52,877 nucleotides of DNA from Desulfobacterales bacterium (GCA_030065585.1 JASJED010000001.1:1-52877); one strand, 5' to 3'. Shown: positions 15,465 through 26,625, counted from the first letter of the stretch. The notes: generated from the letters alone by a model not told the origin. Translations and numbers: made by a program.

Positions 15465-17738
15465 ATGACGCCGATTGAAAAAATTCTGAAAGCGGCCGGC
15501 CCCCCCGGACAAATCCAAAGCCGTGCAATGCCAGACGCCCTGTCCCTGATGGATATCGCCGCGCATCGGGCCCATCGTGAGGGAACCGTTCTCTTGATGA
15601 GCGGCGGTCGTCAGAACAGTGCCCAGCATCACATTCTCGGGATTAATCCCTGGTTGACGCTGAAAACCAGGGACCGCAACCTGGAGTTAACCATCGACGG
15701 CCAGGACTATCGTCTCTCAATGGACCCTTTTGAAGGCCTGCGCGCCATTACGGAACATTTCCGGTGCCGTCTCGAAAACAAAGCAGACACCCCGCTGGCG
15801 GCCGGTCTGATGGGATATCTGGCTTACGATTTGAAGGACAACCTGGAGACGCTGCCGCGGACATCGGTGGATCGCTGGCGTCTTCCGCACATGTGCCTCT
15901 ACGCCCCGGCGGCCATCCTGGTGCAGCAAACACGCACGGGACAAACAATGCTGCATGAATTCATCCGCTCCGTGCCGGCCGAACGTAGGGCCGCCGATAA
16001 TCTGGCCGCAACCATAGCGGCTCTGGACCCTAAAGCGCGGCCGGACGAATCCTTCTCAATTGATCAGGCGCTACAGTCGAACTTCGACCAAGCCGGTTAC
16101 GAGGCGGCGGTCGAGAAGATTCGAGGCTACATCGCCGCCGGTGATGCCTACCAGGTGAATCTCTCCCAGCGGTTTGAAACCTCCTTTGAGGGCCGTCCCT
16201 TCGGCTTCTTTCGAACGCTTTATGAAGCCAATCCCGCGCCGTTCTTCGCTTTCATCCATGCCGGGGACCATACCGTCATTTCCACCTCGCCGGAGCGTTT
16301 TATCAAACTGACCGAACGAAGGGTGGAGACACGTCCCATCAAAGGGACGCGCCCCCGGGGGGCAACGCCGGGTGAAGACCGGTCCATGCGCGATGAACTA
16401 ATCGCCAGTGCCAAAGACGACGCCGAGCTTTCCATGATCGTCGATCTGTTGCGCAACGACCTTGGTCGCGCCTGCCGGGGGGGCTCGGTTCGGGTGACCG
16501 CCCATAAAAATCTGGAGGCCTATGCAAATGTTTATCACCTGGTTTCGACCGTTGAAGGCGAACTGGATGACGACCGCGATGCCATTGACCTGATCCGCGC
16601 GGTGTTCCCGGGCGGGTCGATCACCGGCTGCCCCAAGATCCGCGCCATGGAAATCATCGACGAACTGGAGCCCGACCGGCGTCACGTCTACACGGGTTCC
16701 ATCGGGTATATCAGCTTTCACCAAACCCTGGATTTTTCCATCGCCATTCGCACCGCGGTGATTTGCGGGGATCAGATGACCTTTTCGGTGGGCGGCGGGG
16801 TGGTCTACGATTCGGACCCGCAGGCCGAATATGAGGAAACGCTGCACAAAGGCCGGACCCTGATCAATGTTTGTAAAACGTGTGCCCCGTTTGGGCGCAC
16901 GACGGAATGGGTTTGGTTCAACGGCCGTTTGTGCCCGGCCGAGGAGGCCCGTCTTCCCGTGAGCGGCGAGGGGGTCCGCTATGGCAAGGGCATTTTCGAA
17001 ACCATCCGGGCCGATGACGGCCAGGCCCCCCTTTTGACGCAACATCTGGCCCGTTTCGAGAAGTCCTGGCGGACCCTGTTTGAAAACGAACCACCGGACA
17101 TCACCTGGTCGACGGTGATCCAACAGGTTTTGGCCAAAAATGCGTTGGCCCACCAAACCGCCGCTTTGCGCTTGTCCGTCGCCAGCAGTGATCGCCACCA
17201 TCCTTACGGTGGCGATCTGTGGATAACCGTCCGGCCCTACCGCCATCGCCTGGCCGCGCTGGGCACCCGGGGTCTCGATCTGCGGATCTACCCCGAGGCA
17301 CGGCAAACCCCATGGGCCGATTATAAAACCCTCAATTACCTCTTTTACCTGAAGGCTGGCGAATGGGCGCGCGCAAACGGCGCCCACGAGGCTTTGATCC
17401 TCAATCCGGATGGCAGCCTATCGGAGACCAATACGGCCAATCTGTTGGCCATCCGCAATCGGACGGTGCTGCGGCCCCTTTCCTCCCACGTCCTGCCCGG
17501 CGTCATGGAGGAATGCGTCTGCCGGGAGTTGAAGGCCCAGGGTTACCGCATCGAACACAAGCCGATGTTTCCGATCGATCTCTATTCGGCCGACCAGGTG
17601 CTGCTGTGCAACGCCCTGATGGGGGTGGTCCCGGTTACCCGGCTGGACGACGCGTCGCTAGCCGAGCCGACCGGGCTCAGCCGGAACCTGAACGCCGCCA
17701 TTTTCGGCATCCCGGATGTGTTAGGATCGTCTTATTGA
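15465..17738 (+). CDS. pabB: fused aminodeoxychorismate synthase component I / aminodeoxychorismate lyase (PabB-PabC)
   Basis: N-terminal ~470 aa is a chorismate-binding domain (GDAYQVNLSQRF, SPERF, PIKGT.PRG, AELSMIVDLLRNDLGR, GGSITGCPKIRAMEII, GGGVVYDSDP). C-terminal ~270 aa is class-IV aminotransferase-like (WFNGRL...GKGIFETIR...PGVM). Confidence 0.9.
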   Translation: MTPIEKILKAAGPPGQIQSRAMPDALSLMDIAAHRAHREGTVLLMSGGRQNSAQHHILGINPWLTLKTRDRNLELTIDGQDYRLSMDPFEGLRAITEHFRCRLENKADTPLAAGLMGYLAYDLKDNLETLPRTSVDRWRLPHMCLYAPAAILVQQTRTGQTMLHEFIRSVPAERRAADNLAATIAALDPKARPDESFSIDQALQSNFDQAGYEAAVEKIRGYIAAGDAYQVNLSQRFETSFEGRPFGFFRTLYEANPAPFFAFIHAGDHTVISTSPERFIKLTERRVETRPIKGTRPRGATPGEDRSMRDELIASAKDDAELSMIVDLLRNDLGRACRGGSVRVTAHKNLEAYANVYHLVSTVEGELDDDRDAIDLIRAVFPGGSITGCPKIRAMEIIDELEPDRRHVYTGSIGYISFHQTLDFSIAIRTAVICGDQMTFSVGGGVVYDSDPQAEYEETLHKGRTLINVCKTCAPFGRTTEWVWFNGRLCPAEEARLPVSGEGVRYGKGIFETIRADDGQAPLLTQHLARFEKSWRTLFENEPPDITWSTVIQQVLAKNALAHQTAALRLSVASSDRHHPYGGDLWITVRPYRHRLAALGTRGLDLRIYPEARQTPWADYKTLNYLFYLKAGEWARANGAHEALILNPDGSLSETNTANLLAIRNRTVLRPLSSHVLPGVMEECVCRELKAQGYRIEHKPMFPIDLYSADQVLLCNALMGVVPVTRLDDASLAEPTGLSRNLNAAIFGIPDVLGSSY

Positions 17739-17791
17739 AATCAAAAAGGGCTTTGTAGAGGAATAGCTTATCGCAGGACGGCGTTGTGGGA

Positions 17792-18873
<1,082 letters not shown>

Positions 18874-19196
18874 TTAAAACCTCAAAATCGGCGCCAATCG
18901 GAAAAACCCATAAACCTACGACCTTAAAGGCCATATACCATCCGCGCAACGAATAGCAAGCGCTATTGTTGCGGATCTTTACCGGAAAAACAAATCAATT
19001 CACCTTGATAATGCCTCGTCGATCATCTATTATTTCGCCGGGTCGGAAACCCAATAACGCTAAGATTATACTTCATAATTCTGATCACCACCGATACGGG
19101 AAACCAGGTCTACAAATACCGGGCGGTCATCGCCGCCAGCATCCATGTCTTAGGATCGCGGCGCGCCAGGACAAGGCGAGACCATATTAACCATCC

Positions 19197-19865
19197 ATGA
19201 AACCAATACGGGTCAGCCCATGCTCGGGAGTCATTCTGGCCGGGGGCCGAAATTTGCGCTTCGGCGGCCGTGAAAAAGCGCTGATTCCCCTGGCCGGCAA
19301 GCCGATGATCGATCACATCATGGCCGCCTTCGAAGGGCTGTTCGATGAGATCATCATCGTGTCCAACCAGCCGCAACATCTGGCGGACCGCAATGCCACC
19401 ATCGTCACCGATCTAGGGGACGCCCGCAGCTCCCTGACCGGTATTCATGCGGCGCTTTTCTATAGCCGTTGTGAGGACGTTTTCATCTCCGCCTGCGACA
19501 CCCCGTTGATCAAACCGGCCCTCATCGCCGCTTTGTTGCAAGCCCGTCAGCCAGGTATTGATCTCGTCATTCCGGAAACCCCCTCTGGCCTTGAACCCCT
19601 GTGCGCCGTTTATTCCCAACGCTGCCTGGCCCCGATTGAAAACCGCCTCAAGCGCAGAGATTATCGCATCCGCCGATTTTTCAACCGGGTTCGGGTTAAG
19701 CGCGTGAGCACCCAACGATTGCTCACGATCGATCCGGACCTGCGGTCCTTTAGGAACGTGAACACGCCCGAAGACCTGGCTGCAGTAGCGCAATGGAAAG
19801 GAGCTGTGTATGGTCATGAATGCTATCGATCTGATGAATCGCGTAAAAAACCATCCGGATTTTAA
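19197..19865 (+). CDS. mobA: molybdenum cofactor guanylyltransferase
   Basis: GVILAGGRNLRFGG.EKALIPLAGKPMI and ISACDTPL are MobA motifs. The 3' end overlaps the next ORF by 56 nt. Confidence 0.85.
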   Translation: MKPIRVSPCSGVILAGGRNLRFGGREKALIPLAGKPMIDHIMAAFEGLFDEIIIVSNQPQHLADRNATIVTDLGDARSSLTGIHAALFYSRCEDVFISACDTPLIKPALIAALLQARQPGIDLVIPETPSGLEPLCAVYSQRCLAPIENRLKRRDYRIRRFFNRVRVKRVSTQRLLTIDPDLRSFRNVNTPEDLAAVAQWKGAVYGHECYRSDESRKKPSGF

Positions 19866-20187
19866 TCGGGCCGGCATGGTTTTGTGCCACAATGGGGTGG
19901 TACGGGCCACCTCCCGTGATGGCCGCGAAGTTTCCGGCCTGCGGGTCAAGGTTGATGACGAGCGTCTAAGGGCTGTTCTGATCAAAGCCCGCCAGCGACC
20001 GGGCATCGTCGATGTCCAGGTGGAAATCGCCGCGGACTGCGACTTGGTGGTCGGCGACGACGTCATGCTTTTGGTGGTGGCGGGTGATGTGCGCGAAAAT
20101 GTGATTGCATCCCTGGAGGAGACCCTGAATGCCATTAAAACCACGGTCACATCCAAAACCGAGTTTTTCATCGCGCCGGGACCATGA
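19810..20187 (+). CDS. MoaE-like (molybdopterin synthase large-subunit fold) protein
   Basis: GMVLCHNGVVRATSRDGREVSGLRV...IVDVQVEI..DLVVGDDVMLLVVAGDVRENVIASLEETLNAIKTTV..KTEFF follows the MoaE layout. AAGGAG lies 6 nt before the ATG. The call is tentative. Confidence 0.55.
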   Translation: MVMNAIDLMNRVKNHPDFNRAGMVLCHNGVVRATSRDGREVSGLRVKVDDERLRAVLIKARQRPGIVDVQVEIAADCDLVVGDDVMLLVVAGDVRENVIASLEETLNAIKTTVTSKTEFFIAPGP

Positions 20188-20205
20188 TTCGGCAGGGAGG
20201 TCAAA

Positions 20206-20715
20206 TTGACTGAATTTACCCATCTGGATCAAGCAGGTCGGGTACGGATGGTGGATGTCAGCGACAAATCATCCAGTGATCGGCGGGCCATCGCCCAGGC
20301 GGTGGTTGTCATGCAGCCGGCAACGCTGACCCAGATCCAGCGCCAGAATGTCAAGAAGGGCAACGTTCTCGAAACGGCCCGCATTGCCGGGGTCATGGCC
20401 GCGAAACAGACGGCCGCACTGATACCCATGTGTCATCCCTTGAATCTGCGTCATGTTCAGGTTGACTTCACACCGGATGTCGCCCGTTCCCGGATAAAGA
20501 TTGAAGCCGCGGTAAGAATCCACGACCGCACCGGTGTGGAAATGGAAGCCCTGACAGCGGCCACCGTCGCCGCTTTGACCATTTACGACATGTGCAAGGC
20601 GGTGGACCGCGGCATGCAGATCACCGATGTCTGGCTGGTGGAAAAAACCGGCGGGGCCAGCGGCACTTATCGTCGTGAAACAGCCGAGGCCGACGAACAC
20701 GAACGCCCCGCCTGA
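20206..20715 (+). CDS. moaC: cyclic pyranopterin monophosphate synthase accessory protein MoaC
   Basis: LTHLD..G.VRMVDVSDK, KKGNVLETARIAGVMAAKQTAALIPMCHPL, TGVEMEALTAATVAALTIYDMCKA. TTG start after GGGAGG. Confidence 0.95.
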   Translation: MTEFTHLDQAGRVRMVDVSDKSSSDRRAIAQAVVVMQPATLTQIQRQNVKKGNVLETARIAGVMAAKQTAALIPMCHPLNLRHVQVDFTPDVARSRIKIEAAVRIHDRTGVEMEALTAATVAALTIYDMCKAVDRGMQITDVWLVEKTGGASGTYRRETAEADEHERPA

Positions 20716-20720
20716 CGCCG

Positions 20721-22184
20721 ATGACAACCCCTTTCGCCATAACACCGGTCACGTTGGCCCTGGCCCTTGTGGCGGCCTTGTTTGTGGGGCTGTCTTTGGG
20801 TTGGTGGTTGCATCGCATCCGCCATATGAAGACCCACATGGACGCTCTGGCGGAGGTCAGCCGCCAACTGGACATTGCCCGCCTGGAGGTGGTGCGCTTG
20901 ACCGAAGCCCACGCGGCGGCCAATGTCCGGGCCGAACGGGCGGCCGATCTGGAAGAACGCCTAGATCGCCGCGAATCGCAGATCAGCGCCCTGCAGAATG
21001 AAATCTCCGACCTGCGCAGCCGCAGTGCCCGCCTGGAGACCATCATCCGGCAGGATCGCCAGGCCCTTAAAGAGAAACTGAGCCTGGTCGAGGGCTGGCA
21101 GAACCGCCTGACCGATGCCTACAAAGGCCTGTCGACCCAGGCTCTCAAGGAAAACAACCGCATCTTCATGGATCTCGCCCAGACCACGCTGGCTCGCTTC
21201 GTCGATAAGGCCCGCAGCGATATGGATCAGCGCGCCCAGGCCGTGGACAGCATGCTGAAACCGCTGCATACGGCTCTCGAGCGCTACGAACACCAGGCCA
21301 AGGACATCGAGCAGGCGCGCCAAAACGCCTACGGTGAACTGCGGCAGCAGGTTCACCACATGGCGGCGGCCCAGGACCGGGTCCACCACGAAACCCGTCG
21401 CCTGGTTAAGGCCCTCCAGGTTCCCCATGTGCGCGGGCGATGGGGGGAAACCACGCTTCGGCGTGTGGCCGAACTCTCTGGCATGCAAGCCCACTGCGAT
21501 TTTTTCGAACAGCCGACCGTCCCGGGTGAAGATAATCGCATGCGCCCGGACATGATTGTGCAACTTCCCGGCAACCGCCGGATTATTGTGGACGCCAAAG
21601 TGCCGCTGTCCGCCTATCTCGATGCCCTGGAGGCCCCCGAACCCGCAAAGCGCGATGCCCTGCTGGACCGGCATGCCGCCCAAATCGCAGCCCATATCCA
21701 GCAGCTGTCGCGCAAGGCCTACTGGTCGCAGTTTGAAACGACGCCGGAATTCGTCGTGCTTTTCATCCCCGGTGAAAATTTTTTCGCGGCGGCCCTGTCA
21801 CGCAATCCCAGCTTGATCGAAGACGGTATCCAACGCCAGATCGTTCTGGCGACGCCGACGACGCTGATCGCGCTGCTCAAAGCGGTGGCCTTTGGGTGGC
21901 GGCAGCAGCAAGCGGCTGAAAATGCCGATACCGTCAGCCGGCTGGGGCGAACGTTATACGAGCGCCTTAAAACCATGACCCGCCATCTGCAGCAGATGGG
22001 CCGCGACCTCGATCGCTGTGTCGGCAGCTACAACCGCATGGTGGGATCGATGGAGCGACGGGTGCTGACATCGGCCCGGCAATTCGAGGATCTGGGGGTG
22101 GTCAGGACCGATGAAGCGCGCGACGGCGTACCGGACAAGATCGAGCAGCGACCGCGCACAGTCGATGGGAGTGATGACGAATGA
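20721..22184 (+). CDS. rmuC: DNA recombination protein RmuC
   Basis: N-terminal TM helix, a long coiled coil, then VRGRWGETTLRRVAELSGM..HCDF and PDMIVQLPGNRRIIVDAKVPL, typical of RmuC. Confidence 0.9.
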   Translation: MTTPFAITPVTLALALVAALFVGLSLGWWLHRIRHMKTHMDALAEVSRQLDIARLEVVRLTEAHAAANVRAERAADLEERLDRRESQISALQNEISDLRSRSARLETIIRQDRQALKEKLSLVEGWQNRLTDAYKGLSTQALKENNRIFMDLAQTTLARFVDKARSDMDQRAQAVDSMLKPLHTALERYEHQAKDIEQARQNAYGELRQQVHHMAAAQDRVHHETRRLVKALQVPHVRGRWGETTLRRVAELSGMQAHCDFFEQPTVPGEDNRMRPDMIVQLPGNRRIIVDAKVPLSAYLDALEAPEPAKRDALLDRHAAQIAAHIQQLSRKAYWSQFETTPEFVVLFIPGENFFAAALSRNPSLIEDGIQRQIVLATPTTLIALLKAVAFGWRQQQAAENADTVSRLGRTLYERLKTMTRHLQQMGRDLDRCVGSYNRMVGSMERRVLTSARQFEDLGVVRTDEARDGVPDKIEQRPRTVDGSDDE

Positions 22185-23413
22185 CGTTGCCAAACCAAAC
22201 CCGACTGATGGTATTATGCATCGTTAGCACAATCCTCTGGCAGACGGGTTGCACACCGCGGAAAACCACCCTGCCAGCCCAACCTGACGCGGAGTTGTAC
22301 GCTGTACGCATTGAAGATTGGCCCGCGTTTGCCGATGACATGGATTTTGACGGTCTGGAGGACGCGATCAACCAAAGCCTGGTTTATCTATCCAGGCTGC
22401 CCGATGATCGGCGTTTTCGTTTCGGCGCGGCGGATTACTCTAAAAACCTTATGGTGCGGTCGCTTGCGCTGCTGCGGGATTTTGCGGCGACGCGCCCCGA
22501 CCAAGTACGACTGCAGCAATTTTTAAGGCAGCACTACCAGCTCTACCGTTCGATCGGCCGCCCCCCTGACGGTGACGTGCTGTTTACCGGCTATTTTGAA
22601 CCCCTTTATGCCGGCAGCCTCCATCCGTCGCCCGTCTATAACATACCGGTTTACGGCATTCCGGAAGATCTCGTTTCGGTAAACCTGTCGCTGTTCTCCC
22701 CGGAATGGGCCGGACAGCGCATCGTCGGACGGTTGGAGGGGCATCAATTACTACCTTATCATACGCGTGCCAAAATCATTCACGAGAACGTCCTCCAAAC
22801 CAAGGCCCCGATTATCGCGTGGCTGCGGGATCCCGTGGATCTGTATTTCCTCCAGGTCCAGGGTTCCGGCAGCATTAAAACCCCCGCGGGGCAAAAAGTT
22901 CGCATCCTGTACGCCGCTCAAAACGGACACCCGTCCGAGTTGGTGGGGCGCCATCTGATAAGGGAAAACAAGGTTCCGCCGGAAGAAATGTCGATGCAGC
23001 GCATACGGCGCTATTTCCGGGAGCACCCCGAGGATACCGAGCGCATGCTGAATCAAGACCCCAGCTTTGTTTTTTTCCGTATCGGGGAAACCGGTCCGCT
23101 CGGCAATCTGGGTGTTGAAGTGACCCCGGGACGCAGCATTGCCACCGATCGCCATCTGTTTCCGCCGGGCGCCCTGGCCTACATCACCTCCCAAAAACCG
23201 CTCGTCTCAGGCGATCGTACGATCGCGCAATGGACCCCGCTGAAACGCTTTGTGCTCAATCAAGATACCGGCGGGGCCATCAAGGGGCCGGGTAGGGCGG
23301 ATCTGTTCTGGGGCTCCGGCGCCTATGCCGAAACGGCGGCTGGCCATTTGCAGCACACGGGAAGCCTCTACTTTCTGATCCTAAAAGAAGCGGCCGGATC
23401 GCCGGCGCCATGA
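22181..23413 (+). CDS. mltA: murein transglycosylase A (MltA family) lipoprotein
   Basis: Lipobox-like WQTGC. MltA-specific and 3D-domain motifs (YFLQVQGSG, GR.IATD...FP.GALAYI, NQDTGGAIKGPGRADLFWG). ATGA overlap with rmuC. Confidence 0.85.
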   Translation: MTLPNQTRLMVLCIVSTILWQTGCTPRKTTLPAQPDAELYAVRIEDWPAFADDMDFDGLEDAINQSLVYLSRLPDDRRFRFGAADYSKNLMVRSLALLRDFAATRPDQVRLQQFLRQHYQLYRSIGRPPDGDVLFTGYFEPLYAGSLHPSPVYNIPVYGIPEDLVSVNLSLFSPEWAGQRIVGRLEGHQLLPYHTRAKIIHENVLQTKAPIIAWLRDPVDLYFLQVQGSGSIKTPAGQKVRILYAAQNGHPSELVGRHLIRENKVPPEEMSMQRIRRYFREHPEDTERMLNQDPSFVFFRIGETGPLGNLGVEVTPGRSIATDRHLFPPGALAYITSQKPLVSGDRTIAQWTPLKRFVLNQDTGGAIKGPGRADLFWGSGAYAETAAGHLQHTGSLYFLILKEAAGSPAP

Positions 23414-23603
23414 TCCACCGTCCCGCGGAGGCTGCTGAAGGGCAGCGGCGCTTGACGGAAGACGGCGAACAAGTTAGGTACATCCTCTGCTTGATGATTT
23501 AGAAACCGTCTGGATACCGTGCGAGCGCTTATCCGCTGGCGTGTAGCGAAATCCGGGCGCGGCGGCCTCAAGGCGCCGCACTTACCCATAAAGGAGTCTG
23601 TTC

Positions 23604-23954
23604 ATGTTCGGTATCGGCATGCCGGAAATGATCCTGATCCTGGCCATCGCGCTCATCGTGATCGGCCCTAAAAAGCTTCCCGACCTGGCCAAGTCGCTGG
23701 GCCGCGCAATGAACGAGTTTAAAAAGGCCACCCGGGAAATCAAGGAGTCCATCGATGTTGATGGAGATCTCAAGGATGTCAAACAGTCCTTTGATGATCT
23801 CAATGCCGACCTCCGCGACTCGATCAACCCGCTTAAGAGCGATCCCGTGAAACCTCCGACCGAATCTCCCGCGTCATCCGATGACGAACCGCCCGGGAGC
23901 GCATCGGAAACATCGCCTGAATCGACCGGTGAAGGAACCACCAAGCATGAATGA
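23604..23954 (+). CDS. tatA: twin-arginine translocase TatA/TatB-family subunit
   Basis: MFGIGMPEMILILAIALIVIGPKKLPDLAKSLGRAMNEFKKA is the canonical TatA/E/B N-terminus. AAGGAG RBS. Confidence 0.9.
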   Translation: MFGIGMPEMILILAIALIVIGPKKLPDLAKSLGRAMNEFKKATREIKESIDVDGDLKDVKQSFDDLNADLRDSINPLKSDPVKPPTESPASSDDEPPGSASETSPESTGEGTTKHE

Positions 23955-24720
23955 TGAAGAGAAATATCCCTTCACCGTCCATCTTGAGGAACTGCGCAAA
24001 CGCCTGATTACCTCGTTCATTGCCATCGGGGTCGGCTTCGTCGTGGCCTATGGTTTCAAAGAACACCTTTTTGGCATTCTGGTGCAGCCGCTGCAAAACG
24101 TCATGCAGGAAGGCGACACCCTGATTTACACCAACCTGCCGGAAGCCTTTTTTACCTATCTCAAGGTCGCCCTGCTTGCCGGGATCGGTCTGGCAACCCC
24201 GGTGCTGCTCTATCAGTTCTGGATGTTTGTGGCCCCCGGACTTTACGAAAAAGAAAAACGCCTGCTGCTGCCGATCGTTTTTCTGTGTTCCTTCTTTTTT
24301 ATCGGTGGTGCGCTTTTCGGTTACTTCATCGTCTTTCCATGGGGATTTAAATTTTTCCTGGGATTTGCCACCGAAACCATTCGTCCCATGCCATCCATGA
24401 AGGAGTACCTCGGATTTGCCGCCAAGCTCCTGATCGCCTTTGGTCTGGTGTTCGAACTGCCCCTGGTGATCACCTTCATGGCCCGCATGGGGATCGTATC
24501 CGTCGCTTTCTTAAAGAAGCACCGCAAGTACGCCGTCCTGCTCTTTTTTGCCGGCGCCGCCATCCTGACCCCTCCGGATGTCGTCACCCAGGTGATGATG
24601 GCCATGCCGCTCATGCTGCTCTATGAAATCAGCATCATCGGCGCCCGGATTTTCGGAAGGCGCCATACCGAGGAGGCGGTCGAGGACGGTGAGCCCGAGG
24701 CCGGCGAAACCGACGGTTGA
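23947..24720 (+). CDS. tatC: twin-arginine translocase subunit TatC
   Basis: ORF 23881..24720 trimmed to MNDEEKYPFTVHLEELRKRLI (ATGAATGA overlap with tatA). Six-TM TatC pattern with LTPPDVVTQ. Confidence 0.95.
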   Translation: MNDEEKYPFTVHLEELRKRLITSFIAIGVGFVVAYGFKEHLFGILVQPLQNVMQEGDTLIYTNLPEAFFTYLKVALLAGIGLATPVLLYQFWMFVAPGLYEKEKRLLLPIVFLCSFFFIGGALFGYFIVFPWGFKFFLGFATETIRPMPSMKEYLGFAAKLLIAFGLVFELPLVITFMARMGIVSVAFLKKHRKYAVLLFFAGAAILTPPDVVTQVMMAMPLMLLYEISIIGARIFGRRHTEEAVEDGEPEAGETDG

Positions 24721-24900
24721 ATCCGAAGGATTCGGACGATCTGCGGACGGTACGGCACCGCATCCGACGGCAGCGCATTGTGGGGCAACATCCACCATCG
24801 CTCCCCAGCCCTATTGGTATCCGCAAATTTATTTTGCCTTTTTGAAAGCCCTGGCATAGGGTAGATGCCGCATACCACCGACCGGCCATATGAGGCATCC

Positions 24901-26625
24901 ATGACCAATCCCGTGTTAAATGACCGCTTCGCCGTCCTCAAAGATCGCATCGAAGATTATCTCAAACAATTCCACCAGACCCTGATCGGCTTGAACGGCG
25001 ACGCGCTTCAGGCCGTTATCAGTGAGCTGCGCTCCGGATTGCAGGAACCCTTTCTTTTCGTGGTGGTCGGCGAGGTCAAATCCGGGAAAAGCAGCTTCAT
25101 CAATGCCCTTTTGGGAGAAACGATCTGCGAGGTGGACGCGGCCCCCTGCACGGATGCCATCCAGCAGATCGTCTTCGGTGAAGAACGTTTTGAGGAAACC
25201 ATTCATCCCTTGTTGAAGAAAATCGGCCTGCCCCTGCCCATCCTGAAAACCATCGCCATCGTCGACACGCCCGGAACCAATACGGTTATTGAAAACCACC
25301 AGGAAATTACTCGGAATTTCATTCCCAACAGTGATCTGGTCCTGATGGTGTTTCAGGCCAAGAACCCTTATACGCAATCTGCCTGGGATCTTTTGGATTA
25401 TGTCCGCGAGGAATGGCGCAAACGCACCATTTTTATCCTGCAGCAGGCCGATCTGGCCCGGCCGGACGAGATCCAGACCAATATGACCCGCGTCCGCGAA
25501 CTGGCCCTCCAGAAAGGCATCCCGGATCCCCAGATCTTTGCAACGTCGGCCGAACTTGAAATCAAAGGGATTGACGACAGCGGCTTTAAGGCCGTACGCA
25601 AATTTATCCGTACAACCATTACTGGCGGCCGGCACTACCGGCTCAAATTGGAATCCATTCTGGAAACCGCCGGCCAGGTCATGTTGCAGTTCGAAAACTC
25701 GGTGGCGGATCGGCGGCAACGACTCGCCGCCGACCAGGCCACGGTGGCCAAGGTCAAACAGCGGCTGGTCAGTGGCCACAAACAGTCTGCCTATGAACTG
25801 CAATCGCTGATCGAACGGCTGTCGGGTACCTACCGGCGCGAATCGCAAGAACTCGTTCGCGATTTCAGTGAAGGCTTATCTTTTCGCCGCTTGTTCGAAC
25901 GGTCGATCCGATCAACGATCGGCCGCAAGGCCTCGGTTAAAAAATGGGTGGATAAACTGCAAGCGCGTTTCGAATCCAACCTGCGCCAGCGCGCCGAAGC
26001 CATCACCGAGGAAGGCGCCGCCCACTTCGTGGAAGGCCTTCAAATGCTGCTGCAACAGCTATTGCAAGAGCTTGAAGACGTCCAGGGCATTCCGATTACC
26101 GAAAACAGCCTGTTCCGCCGTATCGACCAGCGGCGTACCGATGTCATCGACGCGGTCAAAATCAATTTGACGGATCTCGGCGGCAGCGACACCTTCACCA
26201 CCGGCGACCTCCAGAATACCGACTCGCTGGCCCCTTCTCTGGTTGGTGGCAGCGCGCTAACCGCTATAGGCGCTTTTTTCCTGACGGTAACCCATGGCCT
26301 TTTCTTCGACATCACCGGCGGTATCCTGACCGGAACGGGCCTCCTGCTGGCAGGCGGCGTGCTTTTTGTGCGCAAAGGAAAAATGATTGCCCAGCTGGAA
26401 GCAAATCTGGAAAAAGGCGGCGAGCATTTTGAGGCCGAGCTTAACGAAAAGCTCTCCGCCCGCCTCAATCTCATTTTTGACGACATCGATCGCAACTTCC
26501 TGACGCTTTACGAATTCGTGGACCAGGAAGAGGCCCGCCTCAATCCAATCGTTGATGCCCTGCAGGTGTTGCAGCAGCAGCAGCAGCTTCTGTTCCAGGA
26601 AACCCGCACCCAGCTTCCCGACTGA
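24901..26625 (+). CDS. dynamin-family large GTPase (bacterial dynamin-like protein) with C-terminal membrane hairpin
   Basis: P-loop VVVGEVKSGKSSFINALLG and G3 motif IVDTPGTN. Long helical stalk. Hydrophobic hairpin LVGGSALTAIGAFFLTV...ILTGTGLLLAGGVLFV. The ATG at 24901 has a better SD (GAGG) than the ATG at 24865, but either is possible. Confidence 0.8.
   Translation: MTNPVLNDRFAVLKDRIEDYLKQFHQTLIGLNGDALQAVISELRSGLQEPFLFVVVGEVKSGKSSFINALLGETICEVDAAPCTDAIQQIVFGEERFEETIHPLLKKIGLPLPILKTIAIVDTPGTNTVIENHQEITRNFIPNSDLVLMVFQAKNPYTQSAWDLLDYVREEWRKRTIFILQQADLARPDEIQTNMTRVRELALQKGIPDPQIFATSAELEIKGIDDSGFKAVRKFIRTTITGGRHYRLKLESILETAGQVMLQFENSVADRRQRLAADQATVAKVKQRLVSGHKQSAYELQSLIERLSGTYRRESQELVRDFSEGLSFRRLFERSIRSTIGRKASVKKWVDKLQARFESNLRQRAEAITEEGAAHFVEGLQMLLQQLLQELEDVQGIPITENSLFRRIDQRRTDVIDAVKINLTDLGGSDTFTTGDLQNTDSLAPSLVGGSALTAIGAFFLTVTHGLFFDITGGILTGTGLLLAGGVLFVRKGKMIAQLEANLEKGGEHFEAELNEKLSARLNLIFDDIDRNFLTLYEFVDQEEARLNPIVDALQVLQQQQQLLFQETRTQLPD

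Noticed and set aside
16398-17387. A 329-aa minus-strand ORF inside pabBC. Similar long shadow ORFs occur elsewhere: 24916-25848 in the dynamin gene, 36413-37309 in the binding protein, 39837-40721 in the ATPase, 43086-43880 and 43460-44563 in glpA, 45054-45959 in glpB, 20961-21695 in rmuC and 48690-49391 in the YkgJ gene.
   Set aside because: All overlap genes with clear family signatures. Their own translations are Arg/Gly/Pro/Ala-rich and motif-free, so they are frame-shadow artefacts.
23452-23480. A TTGACG-N17-TAGGTA promoter-like element upstream of tatA.
   Set aside because: The -10 hexamer lacks the invariant final T, so it is too weak to call.
26572-26586. A (CAG)5 trinucleotide repeat.
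   Set aside because: It is in frame and encodes QQQQQ near the dynamin-like C-terminus. Slippage would only change the Gln count, and the repeat is too short to call a functional microsatellite.
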